DNA of 64,000 nucleotides from the human T2T-CHM13v2.0 reference genome, Homo sapiens. How positions within the stretch are numbered: position 1 is the first letter of the stretch; every line of letters starts with the position of its first letter. The notes beneath the pieces were generated by a model. The model did no database searches, had not been told where the DNA came from, and was given only the letters and a program-made list of their open reading frames with translations. Shown piece after piece: positions 15,184-40,341 of this stretch. Both the position numbers and the translations under genes were made by a program. The stretch lies in NCBI RefSeq assembly GCF_009914755.1, contig NC_060941.1, one strand, 5' to 3'.

Positions 15184-17274
15184 GCTCGAGGCTCCGCCCT
15201 CCGCAGGACGCCCCCGGCCGGGCTAAGGGGGCAGCGGGGCTCCGGCGCTGGGCGAGGAGGGGCCGCGGGGGTCTCGGGGGGTCTCCAGGCGGCGGCGCAG
15301 ACCCAGGTCCCCCTCGTCCCCCCCGCGCCGGGCTCAGCAGGATCCTGGCGATCCGCAAACCAGGTGCCGTGGGGGGCCCGGGAGCCCACAGGGGTGACAT
15401 CACCTCCCGCCCGGGATCTCCAAGCGCGGCTTCGCGGGCGGGAGCGGCGGCCGGGCCCCTCCCCAGCCAGACCCGCTGCGGGACCCACGGGGTGAACGTC
15501 CTGCGCGCCGCGGGACGCGCCTCTCTCCTCCCGAACCTTCCCCCGCTCGTCCCTTTCCACACCCCTGACCTCTGAGCGCGGCCGTTCCCGCCACACATGG
15601 AGGGGGGCGGGTGGAGACCCGGGAGGACCGAAGTCACGGGGGCTGTGGGGCCAGGACAGTCCCACATGTGCCCCTCCTGGGCGGAGGACAAACTGGAGCC
15701 AGGAGAAGCCCCAAGGGCTCCACGCGTTCCCCTCCAGGACCCCTCCTGGGGACCCCGAGCCGCGGCCTGGAAAGCCCATCGTGTTTGCATCATCACCTAG
15801 AAATGGTGGGAAGTCGGGTCAAGAGGCCTGAGAAATGACCGTTTAGAGACGAAATTCCCTCTAAGGAAGACCCCCTCGCCCAAGGGCAGTGAAGAGATTG
15901 GGGGCCCCATGCCTGTCTCCTGTGGGCTGATTCTGTGGGAGCCATGGCAGCTTCCCCACAGACCTCTTTGGGCCAAGCGACCCTGGAGCAGGGAAGGACA
16001 GGAGGGGAGTCAGGCCAGGGGGGTCCAGGGCAGTGGGGCTGAAGCCCCTTCCTGAACCCAGGGAAAGGGAAGCAGTGGGGCCCACCCAGGGGGCCCGGTA
16101 CCCCAGATAGTGACATTTCAGATACCGGAGCTGTCCCCACCCCACCCCATCCCCAGGCAGCTTAAGGGGAAAACTTCTGGGAGCCCAGCCCTACAGAGGC
16201 CTACCAGGAAGGTTAAGTCAGCCTGGCCTTTGCCGGGGGCAGTGTGGTCGGCACCCGCAGAACGCTGGAGGGGTGTGGGGGTCGGTCCTCATCACTCCAA
16301 ACAGACACACACACATCTAGTTCTTAAGGGGAGAAGCAGCTCCTCCCCCAGGATGCTGAGAGGAAGCCCCATAAGCTGCTTGGGCAGAGGCCTCTGCAGC
16401 TGCCCCAGGGGAGATGGGGGTCACCCACTCATCACAGGCTGGGGAGCCCCTGGGAGACGCACAGGATGATGCTCTGGGTGGGGAAGCCTCTACAGGTGGC
16501 TGCAGCAGAAGTGGTTTTCAATATTATTAGCCCGTCCCTGCGTCCCCAGGGCTCCCTCCGCCCCAATCCTCCTGGCTCAGGCACCAGCGCTGTCTCTTGC
16601 CGCCCCTCCCTGCAGCTGTCACCCTCCCACCGTCCCTGACTAGCACACAGGATTGGGAGGGCCAAGCAGGCACCTGGAGCTTGGCAGGGAGGGGGCGTGC
16701 ATCTCCAATGAGACGCTCCAGAAATAGAGCTTCGGCATGGGAAGGGAACGAGCAGGCTCTCGGAGGACCGCGAGGCCGGAGGAGCCATGAGGGGCCAAGG
16801 GCATCTCTTCTTCCCACCTGGAACTCTCGGAAGACAGCCCAGGGGAAAGGTGGAAACGGGCGTGAGCTGCCGCCACCAGGAGCCACCAGCCCAGGAGGCA
16901 GCAGCACCGTCCCCTCCTCAAAACAACAACAAGCAAGAACGCTCGGGCCCTCTCCCCACACTGTGGGGTTTTCCTGATGGCCACATCCGGCGCTGACTGT
17001 GAGGGAGCTATGGATGTATGCTTCTGCGTGAGTCACATACATTTGCGTACATTTTACATTTTTATCTACAAAGGCTTGAACAAGCTATTTTCAGCATCCT
17101 CCAAGCTAAAATGTGGCAGTTGCTTTCCTTCGCGTTGCCATAGTTTGCTTTTTTCTGTCTACATTCTGTCCAATCCTGGCACTCTCGGACCCTCCACTCC
17201 ACAACACGATAGAGGGTAGAGGGAGAGACAAATCTTGAGGGCTCTACAGAGGAAACTTCTGATAACGAACACAG

Positions 17275-17765
<491 letters not shown>

Positions 17766-19027
17766 GTTCATGCTCTTAAACACCACGCATACTGCCTCCA
17801 CGGCCAGCTAACTGGTGATCACCGGGTGCTGAAGGTCCTGAGAAATCTCTGCGGGTCCATGGGGTTAGAGACCACCCTCTGGGAAACCCTGTCAACCCTC
17901 TTCCATCTCCAGACGTCTGTCTCAGACAACGTGTCTCAGGAAAGGGCAGTCACTTCGAGATTCCCTTGATGCCTTTGTTGGATGGCTTCCAGTAGATGTT
18001 AACACCACGGCCAGATGCTAACCTTGGCCACAGAGACAAGTGTGTGAGCCTTTGAGCACCACAGTGATTTGGGTGGGAACAGAAACCTCCGCATCCCTGG
18101 CACTGAGGAGTTGGGGAGATCCAACGTCACGCGCTGGGAAGGAAGGAGTTAAAGAGTCCTTCTCCTCCGGGCTTTGCCAAAGGTGATGCTACCCTGAAGT
18201 GCTCTAACCCCAGCGATCAACCCCAATCTGTCAGAGGAGCGGGGAGCTGTGGCAGACAGACCTTCCTGATTCAGCTAAATGTGGACCGGGTGGGGACCAG
18301 CCAGTGCTCCCCAAGGCACTGAACCCCCATCTATCACGCTGCCTCCTCCAGGCCCCTTCTAAGCATTCCCCAGACAGTCCCTGGGGCCAGTGCTCTCCAC
18401 CCTCCCAGCCCTCCCTCCAGCCTGTGCACTCAGACTGTCTGCGGCTCTCCAACCCCAGGGTGACCTGCCTGCTCCTGCCTCATCACTGGACTTAAAGGGG
18501 ATTTCATGGTTGGGTGCACCGCCAGGAGCACTGGGTTAATGACGAGGGGCTGAGTGGGAAGAAGGTACATCCCATTTTCAAGGCTATTTGCCCTGCTCCT
18601 AATTCCCAAGCACGTGCTACTCACGGCCTCTCCAACGACCAACTCTTGCTTCTACCAATCAAGGTAGAAGCCTTGGTTCTTGGCCAGGACAGAAAAAAGG
18701 GGACGGGCCCTAGAACCAAAACTGGGTATCTCCACATTTCCTCCCTTCTCATGTTAGCAGCTCAGCTCCACTGCACACGACAGGAAGGCCCCAGGAGTCT
18801 CTGCTTCCTTGATCACCCAGAGGTCACCGCTGATGACAAAAATATGTTCCCATGCGGGGGCCAGGCAGGGAGCCCCGGTGCGTGCAGAGGCTGAATACAC
18901 AGTGGGTGGGAGGGAGTGGGGCCCTCTACATTCAAATGAAAAACCAAAACCAAAAATAGACTGTGATGACCAAAAAACCGAGAGTTTGCACCCTCACTGG
19001 CCCATCAGGTCCTTAAAAGCTGGGACT

Positions 19028-21236
<2,209 letters not shown>

Positions 21237-21899
21237 AGCATTTACTATTCTAAGATTCATCCTCAGCCCTCCAGTCTGGGGAAAGAAGAAAATTCCCCAG
21301 GCCTCCACAGTGTCACCTGTAAGGGTGAAGTCTCAGCCTATGAGTCTGTCTTTTGCCCTCTTCTCACCTGCCCTCTGCTCAGCCTCCCGGCTTTTCCAGC
21401 AGCCAGTGAGATCTACAGGCAACAGAGGTGAACTGGAAGCCCTTCCCAGTTAGTCATTTCTGCACCAAACTTTTGTGTCAGCTTGAGTCATGGGAAGACC
21501 TGCTGCCCTGGCAAGATGTGGACCTGCTCCCCGGGGAGCTGCATTCACCCCCTCACTGCCTCCCTAGGCATCACTGCAGGATAAAGCACAGTGACATCAG
21601 GTCCTTGCAGCTGTGACACTCCCCACACGCCCCCACACACTTCCCAGGGGCCGAGTTGAAGCCCCGTTCCCATGGCCAGGGGCCACAGCAAGGGCAGCAT
21701 CCTGGGCAGAGCCGCTGGCTTAGATTATGCACTCCCCGAGCCACCGTTTTAGGAGGGTCTCTCGCCAAGCCCCAGCTCACGTGGCCCTCACCTGACATGG
21801 CTCAGATGACACCACCCACAGGTCAACAGCAGAGTTTTCCCAAAGGGTCCGTCCGAGGGCTCGACAGCAGGGCCTGGAGCCCCCTACTCATTTACTTAC

Positions 21900-22420
21900 C
21901 ACCAAGTCCCCATCAGCATTCAGAAAGACGCCAGCAGAAGAGTCCAATGGATTCTCTAAGTCTCCAAAACCCAGAGATTCAGTTCAGTGGCTCCAATCTC
22001 CTTAGCCCCAAGGGAAACAAGAGCACGTCCAGCTGGGGTCAGAGCTCACGGGCTGGCCCTCTGCCCTCCTGTGGTCACCACGGCCCCGAAGCTGGCCGTG
22101 CTCCTCGCTCGTTCAGCCAGAATTCTGCAGACGCATCCCAGGCCTACGCTGCTCTGCCAGGACCTCTGACACCACCCACCAGGCTGGCCCTGTCCCCATC
22201 AGGCCCAGGAGTGGCTGCAGGAGCCGAGGGCAGGCTGTCAAGGAGACGGGCTCCGAGAGGCAGCGGCTCACCATTCAGCAAGGCGAGGGCAAAGGAACCT
22301 CAGAGCCTAGCCAGGGGCGCCTGCCATCAGTGGAGCCTCTGCTCTGGGGCTGCCGGTCGGGCCGTGTGTGCTGTGTCTCTTTAAGGACCAGGCCTCTTCA
22401 AGGCAAGTTCCCTCTGCAGT
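21900..22420 (-). other. ABR: Candidate alternative non-coding first exon of ABR
   Basis: Consensus donor GTG|GTAAGT at 21899-21894, and a second donor CAG|GTGAGG near 21791. Repeat-free, CpG-retaining block. I recall an ABR variant starting ~7 kb upstream of the main TSS. The 5' end is inferred. Confidence 0.5.
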
Positions 22421-22466
22421 CCAGTCCTGCCTCTGCCCGTCCTGCGGCAGAGAGTGGGGGCTCCCC

Positions 22467-22484
22467 AGCGCCATCTGGCGGCCG
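22467..22484 (-). promoter_or_regulatory. CTCF motif
   Basis: Minus strand reads CGGCCGCCAGATGGCGCT, a close match to the CTCF core consensus. Confidence 0.7.
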
Positions 22485-22703
22485 CACAGCAGCACCTCGG
22501 CCACCAGAGGCTTCCAGCCAAGCGGCCCGCAAGTGCCTGGACAAAAATCTCCAGCTTGGACACAGGGCTGCAGGCTGCTGTTGGGAACACAGCTGGGGGA
22601 GTCAGGAGGAACTCCGTCTGGGAAGGAGAGAGCAGGAGCCCCCAGGAGTGACATGGGGAGAATGATCATCCCGCCGGACAAAACCTTCACTAAAATATCC
22701 TCA

Positions 22704-23330
<627 letters not shown>

Positions 23331-23339
23331 AATAACAAT

Positions 23340-23785
<446 letters not shown>

Positions 23786-24399
23786 ACCTGGTTGGGGAAA
23801 ACAGGATGGCGGATGGCGAGTTCCCATCTCACCCCCAGCTGGTCCTCTTTCCCCATCACACTGCTTTGGATGTCCTTCCTACTAAATTTCGCCTTCATAA
23901 ACGTAGGGGTGGATGGAGGGGGCAGTCTGACCCAGCTGCCTTCACAAGGGAAGCCGGTGCCTCTGGCTGCCCCTCCCAGAAGCCAGGCACACACACCCCT
24001 GAAATCACTGCACCAGCTTCTCTTAGGCTGAGCTGCACCCAGGACATGCAAATTTTCCATAAAGCACTTTCGGGTTCTGATCGTGAAACCTCGTGACTCC
24101 TAATTTCCTCTTCCCCAAGCTCTTGGCACCTTGTCCTGAGCTGGTCAGCTCAGTCTCATGAACACACAGTCCGGTGCCAGGAGCTGGCACGAGAAACTAG
24201 CACACATGACTCGTGTTCTCCCGAAAGGAGAGTGAAGAAGGGTGAGACTCCGGCCACAGTGGCCACGTTTTGGCTGGGTCCGTTGGTTGGAGCAGTCCCA
24301 GGCTCACGAGACTGACATCAAAGATATGAAGATCAATTAGAGGAAAGAGTTTCCCAGTGTCTAACAGCAACTGAAGGCTTGCTCTAAGACATCCTAAAA

Positions 24400-25018
24400 C
24401 ACATGTAGCATGTCATTCCTCTCTTACTAAGACCTGTCTATGGCTTCCTTTTTTTTTTTTTTTTTTAGACAGAGTCTCGTTCTTGTCCCCCAGGCTGGAG
24501 TGCAATGGTGCAATCTCGGCTCACTGAAACCTCCGCCTCCGAGTTCAAGTGATTCTCCCGCCTCAGTCTCCCGAGTCACTGCTGTCGGGATAGAGACCCG
24601 CACATCCTTTTGGTGGCCTAAGGAACCTGTGGCCGGGCCTCTGCACCCCTTTCAGCTTCATCTGGCACATTCTGCTCCTTGCTCTCTTCTACTTTTTCCT
24701 GCCTTGGAACTTTTGCATAGGTTGACATCGCTGGCAAAAACGCTCTACCCCCACTCTGCCTGGGTAACTCCTACTCTCCCTTCTGGTCTTAAGTATCTTG
24801 TCTTCCAGGGAGCTTTCCCGACCCACCAGACCAGGAAGGCCTGCGTCGTTCCCTGCTTCTGAATGCTCAGGACTCTTGTAAACGTTCAATGCCTGTCTCT
24901 CCTGCTAGACTGAGGTCTATTGGAGGATAGGAGCCACATCTGTTATTCACTGTAACCCCAGGACCTTGCACAAATAGTTTCAGTGAATGAATGAGCAAGT
25001 GTGAATGAATGAATGACC
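24400..25018 (+). mobile_element. L2 3' region interrupted by an Alu fragment (24449-24576)
   Basis: ctagactgag..ttattcactgtaaccccagg..gaatgaatgaatga, typical of an L2 3' end. Confidence 0.65.
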
Positions 25019-25445
25019 AAGTATATTCTTGGTCACAAAGAGCCTGGAATGAGGCAGTACAGGTGTTCCACCCAGCCCACCTCCACCAGCTAGAAAAGAA
25101 CTGTTTGGCTGGTTGAGACGTCGCGTCGAGAATGACCACCCTCTCTGGAAAGATGCAAAGAAAGAACAAATGGCCCCTAGGATGGGATTTGGGGTGGGAG
25201 AATTGCTGTTCCAATTAATTCTCTAACTGCTCACAAAAAACCCTAACTGAAAATTCCCCAGTGCACAGGGTTCCCTTGTTCAGCAGCCAGCATTGGAGGC
25301 TGTACTCCTTTCTATCCAATCAGGCTCCAACATGGAAACGGCATAGAAACCCAGAAATGGTTCAGCCCACTAAGGGAACTTCGGTCTCAGTTCTCAGAGT
25401 CCTTCTCCGAGGCCTGTCCCAAATTTGCAATAAAACTTGTTTTTA

Positions 25446-25889
<444 letters not shown>

Positions 25890-26415
25890 TCAACCCCTCT
25901 GCCCCACGGCGCTGCAGGCGAAGCTGTGAGTCACCAGCTCCCAGGAATGACTTTGATGAACCTCCAACCAGACAGATGGAAAATCTGGCTTTCAGTTCAA
26001 TGATGGGAGAAATATGATAGAAATGGATTCTGGGCCCTCACGCTCCCAAGGGGCTGGCCTGAGCGAGTCTGCAGGGCCTGACAGACAGGGCTTGGGCACG
26101 ACTTCTGCGGCTGCAGATTGCGCTGGGCCATGGTAACCACCACGCCGGCCCGAGGGCGCTGTACAGTGCGACACCAGACTCCAGGTCTGCTGGGGGCCTG
26201 TGCCCAGGGGAGAGGCTCCTTTCCATGTTCCCGTCACCAAAACAAAGAAATAAACAAAACAACCAATGTCAAATCAAGATCCGGTTCTCGGGCCTCGAGT
26301 TTGTAAAGATCCAGAAAGCCACCCCAGCAGACGGCGGTTGGTCTGCCAGCTTCCCGCCAGCCTCCCGCCAAGCTTCCTGCCAGCTTCTCACCAGCTTCTC
26401 ACCCCCGCCTAGTAA

Positions 26416-26838
<423 letters not shown>

Positions 26839-27229
26839 TAACATAGAAACGAGGCAGCAAACACTTGCACCTGCTACCTGCGCCCAGGCTGCCGTCAGGA
26901 CTCTGCATGTATTAAATCACTTCATTGTCACCGTGCCACACAACCGCTCCAGGAGCCACACATGAGCCCCTCAACACTCTGCTGCCTTTCTCCAACAGGA
27001 GGGAAAGAGCGCTCGACCGAGCACAGCCTGAATCCAGCTGCTGGTTCTGCCACTAACTTGCTGTGTGACTCTGAAGAACTGCCTTTCCCTGTCTGTCCCT
27101 TGATGTTCTCACCTCGACACGAAGAGATGTAAGTCCCAGGCAGTAGCTGATAAAGGAAGGGGGAAACTTTCCTGTTTCCCGCCCTTCAGTTCCTATATTC
27201 CAGGAAGTTTAATGGGTTTTCAGGGCTAG

Positions 27230-27394
<165 letters not shown>

Positions 27395-27591
27395 TGAATA
27401 TTCCCTGAGCCCTACTGTATAAACCAGAGTTCCTTTTCCCAGGCTGCTTATGATAATAGACTTCAGACATGCCCAGAAATCACAGAGAGGGAAAGCACAG
27501 ACAGTGGTCTGGACAGTGAGTTATGGAGGGGGCAGGAGGGAGGTACCACTTCAAACTGAGCTGATGACTAAAAGCTTCTAGAAAGAATGTG

Positions 27592-28172
<581 letters not shown>

Positions 28173-28771
28173 CTTGCACAGAGGCAGACGTGGAAATGGA
28201 GCGAAGAGCTAGAATGGATGACTGTGGAGAAGGTTCTTTTGGGAACTGGGGGCGAATATAGAAACTGCTACTAATCTAACGTGTGGCCTCAGCATGAATT
28301 CAGGAAAACAACAGAATTAGCAGCTTTTCTTAGATCCACCTTATAGAGAAGCCTTTCTGGGACACCCCCCCCCCCTCAATACCCACAAGGATTCAGGACT
28401 CCCCCGCTCTCCCGGCGAGTTTGCTGAACGCCCTTCGGCCGACGTGTCCCGAGCATCGCCAGTATTTACGTTCTAGGCACCCTGTTAAGCACGTAACCTT
28501 CACTCTTCGCAAGCAGCCTCTCTATGTGGAAGCCACAGTCACCACGCCCGCTTTACAGAAGAGGCTCAAGTTCACACTGCTAGTGAGTGACAGAGCCAAG
28601 TTCTCACTCGGGTCTGGCTCGGTCCAGAGCAATTGTACCTGGCCACCAGTCCTGAAGGTTCAGGAAAGCATCCTGACCAGATGCCGCCCGACATTCACTC
28701 AGAAGAGCTCGGTTTCCAGCACGCCAGGGAGCACTGGCAACTGACGCTAATTCAAGCACATCAGTGCAGCC

Positions 28772-32088
<3,317 letters not shown>

Positions 32089-33556
32089 CAAGATCCGCCT
32101 TCCTAAGGAAGGACCCTGTGCTGCTCAGAAACCTTCCCAAATGCTCCGGGAACCCCGGCTCCCCTGCAGTGCCTCCTGGACAGACGCATCCTGCAACGCT
32201 CCAGAGGGTATCGGATCTCGGGGGCATCTCTTTCTTCAAGGCAGCCCCCAGCCCTGCCTGGCCCAGGCTCGGATGAGCATTGCAAGGAGCACTTTAAGGA
32301 GAGTCACTCCTATTTCAGAGCCTCTGGGAAACAGGCCGTGATCTCCTGCTGTGGCGCAGGGAGGGTTTGGCTGGAGGCTCTGAGCTGGAGCCACCTCCAC
32401 TTAATGCTGGAGTGAATGATTTCAAACCTCTGTCTCTGCGGGTTTGAAAAAAATTGGGCAGGGTCAGCCCCATGCCCCATTTTTGGTCTGAGAGGTTGGA
32501 GAGAGAAAGACACCATCCCTCTGGCTCCTGACCGGTCATTCTGAAGCCTTGAGCTCTAGGAGCCTCCTCGGATCTTAGCCACAGCTCTGATGAAACCTCA
32601 CCCTAATCCCCTTCTCGTGGCCCACAGCCTTCTAGACACTCATTGCCCAAACCCCTGCATGAGTTATTTTCCCAGTTGCTGTTTCTGTCTGATTGTGAAA
32701 GATTCTTTCCTCCCAAAAGCCACATGCCTGTCACATGAGGGGAGTGCCAGACCACCAGCAGAGAGGGGGAGGGTGCTGGGAAGTCTTCTTTCCTGGACCC
32801 CAGGCTGGTCCCCTGAGTCTTGGGGAGTGGCTCCTGATTGCTCCCTATAGCCAACATCCCAGGGAGCTTGGGATCACACTGGAGGGAAGATCAGCGCTCA
32901 CCCAAACCAGACCGTGACTTGGTTTTCCCCAGAGAGCAGTATCTATGGTGTCCCCACCTAAGACCTAACTGGAGCTGGGCTCCTCAGACCACTGGCTTTG
33001 GGGGCAAATACACCCTGCTGACTGTCAGATCAAAGCCATGCTGCAGGCAGCTGAGACAGGAACACTGCCGCTGCTGCTGCGCCCGGCTGGCCGCGGCCCC
33101 ACGCTGTGGGTTAGTTCTTTGGGGGCCCTAAAGGAGAGCTGAGCTGTCGCCTTCTGGACATAAAGGAGCTGCTTTTGCAAAAGAGACTGTATCTGCCCCC
33201 TGCCACAACTAACCAGAAATGAGGAAGCTGCCACAGAGAAGCCTCCCAGTCTCTGGGGCTGCGGGTTCTGTCTGCTCCCCCTCCCAGAGGCCACACATGA
33301 GGCTGTACATGCAGGCAGGCCACATTTCCTTCCAGGCCCACAAACAACCTCGACTTCCTGCAAAGACCACTAACCCCAACGTCAGTACACGTGGCACGTT
33401 GCCCAAGGCCGAGCTGCTGCTGATTTTTAGTGTGACTTTCAGGACCAAAAAGGAAGAGGTTCTGTCTGGACAAGGAGAGCTTGGCCTGAGACACCAACAG
33501 ACGGCAACTTCCCACCTGGCCTCTGCCTGATTCTGCAATCAAAGCTGCCTGGTTCC

Positions 33557-34852
<1,296 letters not shown>

Positions 34853-35021
34853 AATTTTTTAAAACTATAAGTTTATTCAGTTTTTTTTTTCTGTCATATA
34901 AGTCATAAAGCCAGAATTTTAAAAACTTTTAGACAATAAAAGAGTAAAATGTGACCCATAAAATACACCACCCCAATTAGCATTTTCCAGCTTTTTTTGT
35001 ATGCATATAATAGAGCTCTTT

Positions 35022-35122
35022 TTTCTTTTTTTTTTTATTATACTTTAAATTTTAGGGTACATGTGCACAACGTGCAGGTCTGTTACATATGTATACATGT
35101 GCCATGTTGGTGTGCTGCAACC
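35022..35122 (-). mobile_element. Severely 5'-truncated L1PA 3' end
   Basis: Poly-T then ttattatactttaaattttagggtacatgtgcacaacgtgcagg. TSD atagagctcttt at 35010-35021 and 35123-35134. Confidence 0.9.
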
Positions 35123-35146
35123 ATAGAGCTCTTTACAAAGTTTTAT

Positions 35147-35629
35147 AGTTGGCCTTCTCTACCTGGCTGGAAGCCACACTATCCCTATCCAAGGGCACCC
35201 TCAGATTCAACCAACCACAGATCAAAAATATTTGGGAGGAAAACAATTAAAAAAAAACACCACAAAAATAAAAAATACAAATAATACAGCATAACAACCA
35301 CATAGCATTTGCAATGTATTAGGTATTAAAAATAACCTAGAGATAAGTTAAAGTACACGGGGGTCGGGGGCAGGCATGGTGACTCACGCCTGTAATCCCA
35401 ACACTTTCGGACGATCGCTTGAAGCCAGGAGTTCAAGACCAGCCTGGGCAACATAGCAAGACACTGTCTCCATTAAAAAAAATTTTTTTAAATAAAGTCT
35501 ATGGGAGACGTGATTAGGTTACATGTAACTATTACAGCACCTTATATAAGAGACTTGGGCGTCCTGGGATTCTGGTATCTGCCAGGGGTCCTGGGGCCAA
35601 TCCCCCATGAAAATGGAGGGACAGGTGTA
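35147..35629 (-). mobile_element. MER2 (TcMar-Tigger) interrupted by an Alu monomer (~35370-35482)
   Basis: gattcaaccaaccacagatcaaaaatatttgg..gtattaggtatt..ggggtcctggggccaatccccc. Confidence 0.75.
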
Positions 35630-36770
35630 ATTGGAGTGGCTCTCCAGACTGTGCCCAGGAATTTCTCAGCCTGATCTTTGGCCAGTCCAGCTTCATTTTC
35701 TCCCCTCCTCCCGTTACATCAAGCAGAACAAGTTTCACCTAGATGAGCTATGACCTCACTTTATTCGGGGCCTCCGTGGTGCAGACACAAAGATGGATCC
35801 CCAGGTGGAAACCCGGGCACGTCATCCTGGTTTGTTCATGGTGCAAGATGTCTCCGGTTACTTCGGGGAGACAGGAACATGACCTGGGTTATCAGCACCG
35901 TCCAGGGACACCAGAGATAAAGCCTCATCTATAACATCCCCAGTAAAAAGCTGAGAATTGCTCCTGACAAGGTCCTGGGGCTCTTCCTTCCTCTGGGCAG
36001 GGCTACAGCTTAGAGACTGGGAGAAAGCCTTGGGGTTGGCCAGGGACACCCACCTGCCTCAGGAGGGGCTGTGTTAATGACATCAGCCTTTCAGCAATGG
36101 AAACTAAGGAGGATGGGGGGAGGAAAGTACAGGAAGACTTGTAAAGGGAAAGTTCTGTTTGGATTCAGGGCCCAAGCCCCAAACCCTGATAGGAATAAAA
36201 TGATCAGAGGAGCAGCCGGGGAGGCTTTGGTGCCCCTCAGGCAGCCGCATCACTCAAGACTGTTCACATCAGCAATAGCTTCACGGGGCCGGTGTCCACG
36301 AGGCTGCTGCTCCGGATGCAAAGCACAATGCTTTAGGTCAGGATGTGGGTTCTAGAGACAGAACAGACCCGGTTCACGGCCTGGTGTCACGACGTATTGA
36401 ACCTCTCTGAGCTTCAGTCTCTTCAGTAATGACGGTAAGTGCTTTAACTGAGATTGTTAACAAGACCCAGCGAGATCGTGAAAAGAAGACACCCCGCACA
36501 GCGCCTGTTCCCTCGTTAGCACTCACGCAGTATCAGCTATTATCATCATGCTGGCTGACTTTTATGTGAGCGTGTATAACACGGGTACACACACACACAA
36601 CACCTCTCTCCGGAGGGTAAAAACAAGACAAAAAGTGAAACAGGCCCCCCGATGCCGAAGAGATGACGGCAACCCCGATATTGTGCGTGGTGTGAAGGTC
36701 ACCAAAGCAAAACCACACGCTTTGTTTTCTGGGGGTGTCTCATTGACAGTGCAGAGGTAGCTTACTAGCA

Positions 36771-38288
36771 TTTTTGCTTGTTTGTTTGTTTTTTTGAGAG
36801 AGTCTCGCTCTGTTGCCCAGGCTGGTGTGCAGTGGCGTGATCTCTGGCTCACTGCAACCTCTGCCTCCCACGTTCACGCCATTCTCCTGCCTCAGCCTCC
36901 TGAGTAGCTGGGACAACAGGCGCCCACCACCACGCCCGGCTAATTTTTTTGTATGTTTAGTAGAGATGGGGTTTCACCGTGTTAGCCAGGATGCTCTCGA
37001 TCTCCTGACCTCGTGATCCGCCCGCGTCGGCCTCCCAAAGTACTGGGATTACAGGCGTGAGCCACCGCGCCCATCCTGCTTACTAGTGTTTCTTAAAAAG
37101 TCAAAGCAACGCTATTCTTCATAAGTGTGTTCCTCCCATACTTTGCTATTCAAGAGCAGCTAGATTAAGAGAAAGAAGATCCATCTAGAAAAACATAATC
37201 CCTTTGCCTCCTTTTATTTATTTATTTTTCGAAACAGAGTCTGGCTCTGTAGCCGCTCTGTTGCCCAGGTTGGGGCACCACCATGCCCAGCTAATTTTTG
37301 TATTTTTAGCATAGATGGGGTTTCCCCATGTTGGCTAGGCTGGTCTCCAACTCCCGACCTCAGGTGATCCACCCCCTTCGGCCTCCCAAAGTGCTGGGAT
37401 TACAGGTGTGAGACACCGCACCTGGCCCAAGAACCTCTTTATAACAGATGCAGCCATACCAGAGCCCCAGAGCGCACATTCAAAAGAGAATCTCCAACCT
37501 CTTATTACTCATCTTAGATCACTCATTCTAAATTGCAAATTCAAAGGGGATCCCGGCTGTCTCTTTCCTATACTCTTCAGCGAACAGTCCCCAAACACAC
37601 ACGTGCCCACTCATGATGAAGTTGCATTCAGAGTATTTCCCCTATGGACAAAGAGGCTCAGATTCCTGACCCTCTTCTGAAAGGCCCCAGCTGCCCCCTT
37701 TTCACATCTTCACATATGAGCTGGCAGCAAATGTTGCATGAAATGAAGACCCTGTTAGGAAAGGGAAGGTGATCCATAGCCATCTACTCCTAATCCGCTG
37801 ACCCTTGATGAAATAGGCCTAGGTTTAGGGTTAGGAAACACTGCGGCTAGAAACAGAGACCTTGGAGACAAATGGCCCTCTTGTTTCAACAAGGAAGCTT
37901 CTACTGCTTGGGAGAAAGTGGTCAGCTCAGCTCTCCTCGAACCCTACTATTTAGGTTGGTGCAAAAGTAATTGCTGTTTTTGCCATTACTTTTTTTTTTT
38001 TTTTTTTAAGATGGAGTCTTGCTCTGTCCCCCAGGCTACAGTACAGTGGTGTGATCTCGGTTCACTACAACCTCCGCCTCCCGAGTTCAAGCAATTCTCC
38101 TGCCTCAGCCTCCCAAGTAGGTGGGATTAAAGGCATGCACCACCACGCCTGGCTAATTTTGTATTTTTAGTAGCGACGAGGTTTCATCATGTTGGCCAGG
38201 CTGGTCTCGAACTCCCGACCTCAGGTGATCCGCCCGCCTCGGCCTCCCAGAGTGCTGGGATGACAGGCGTGAGCCATCGCGCCCAGCC
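36771..38288 (-). mobile_element. Three minus-strand Alus (36771-37075, 37212-37427, 37990-38288)
   Basis: Alu consensus blocks. Confidence 0.85.
37951..37994. mobile_element. MADE1 (Hsmar1 MITE) half
   Basis: ttaggttggtgcaaaagtaattgctgtttttgccattacttt. Confidence 0.8.
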
Positions 38289-38309
38289 CCATTCCTTTTA
38301 AAAGGTCTT

Positions 38310-40341
<2,032 letters not shown>

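Larger units (their letters stand above)
14170..15780. promoter_or_regulatory. CpG island / ABR main promoter
   Basis: Very high GC and CpG density spanning exon 1. Confidence 0.9.

Noticed and set aside
14189-15796. Long ORFs (535, 304, 255, 219, 200 aa) over the CpG island
   Set aside because: Pro/Gly/Arg/Ala low-complexity ORFs open in several frames on both strands because GC-rich DNA lacks stops. Only the 61-nt ABR segment is recognisable.
21656-22384. 242-aa plus-strand ORF
   Set aside because: Non-ATG start, no recognisable domain, and antisense to the candidate ABR exon.
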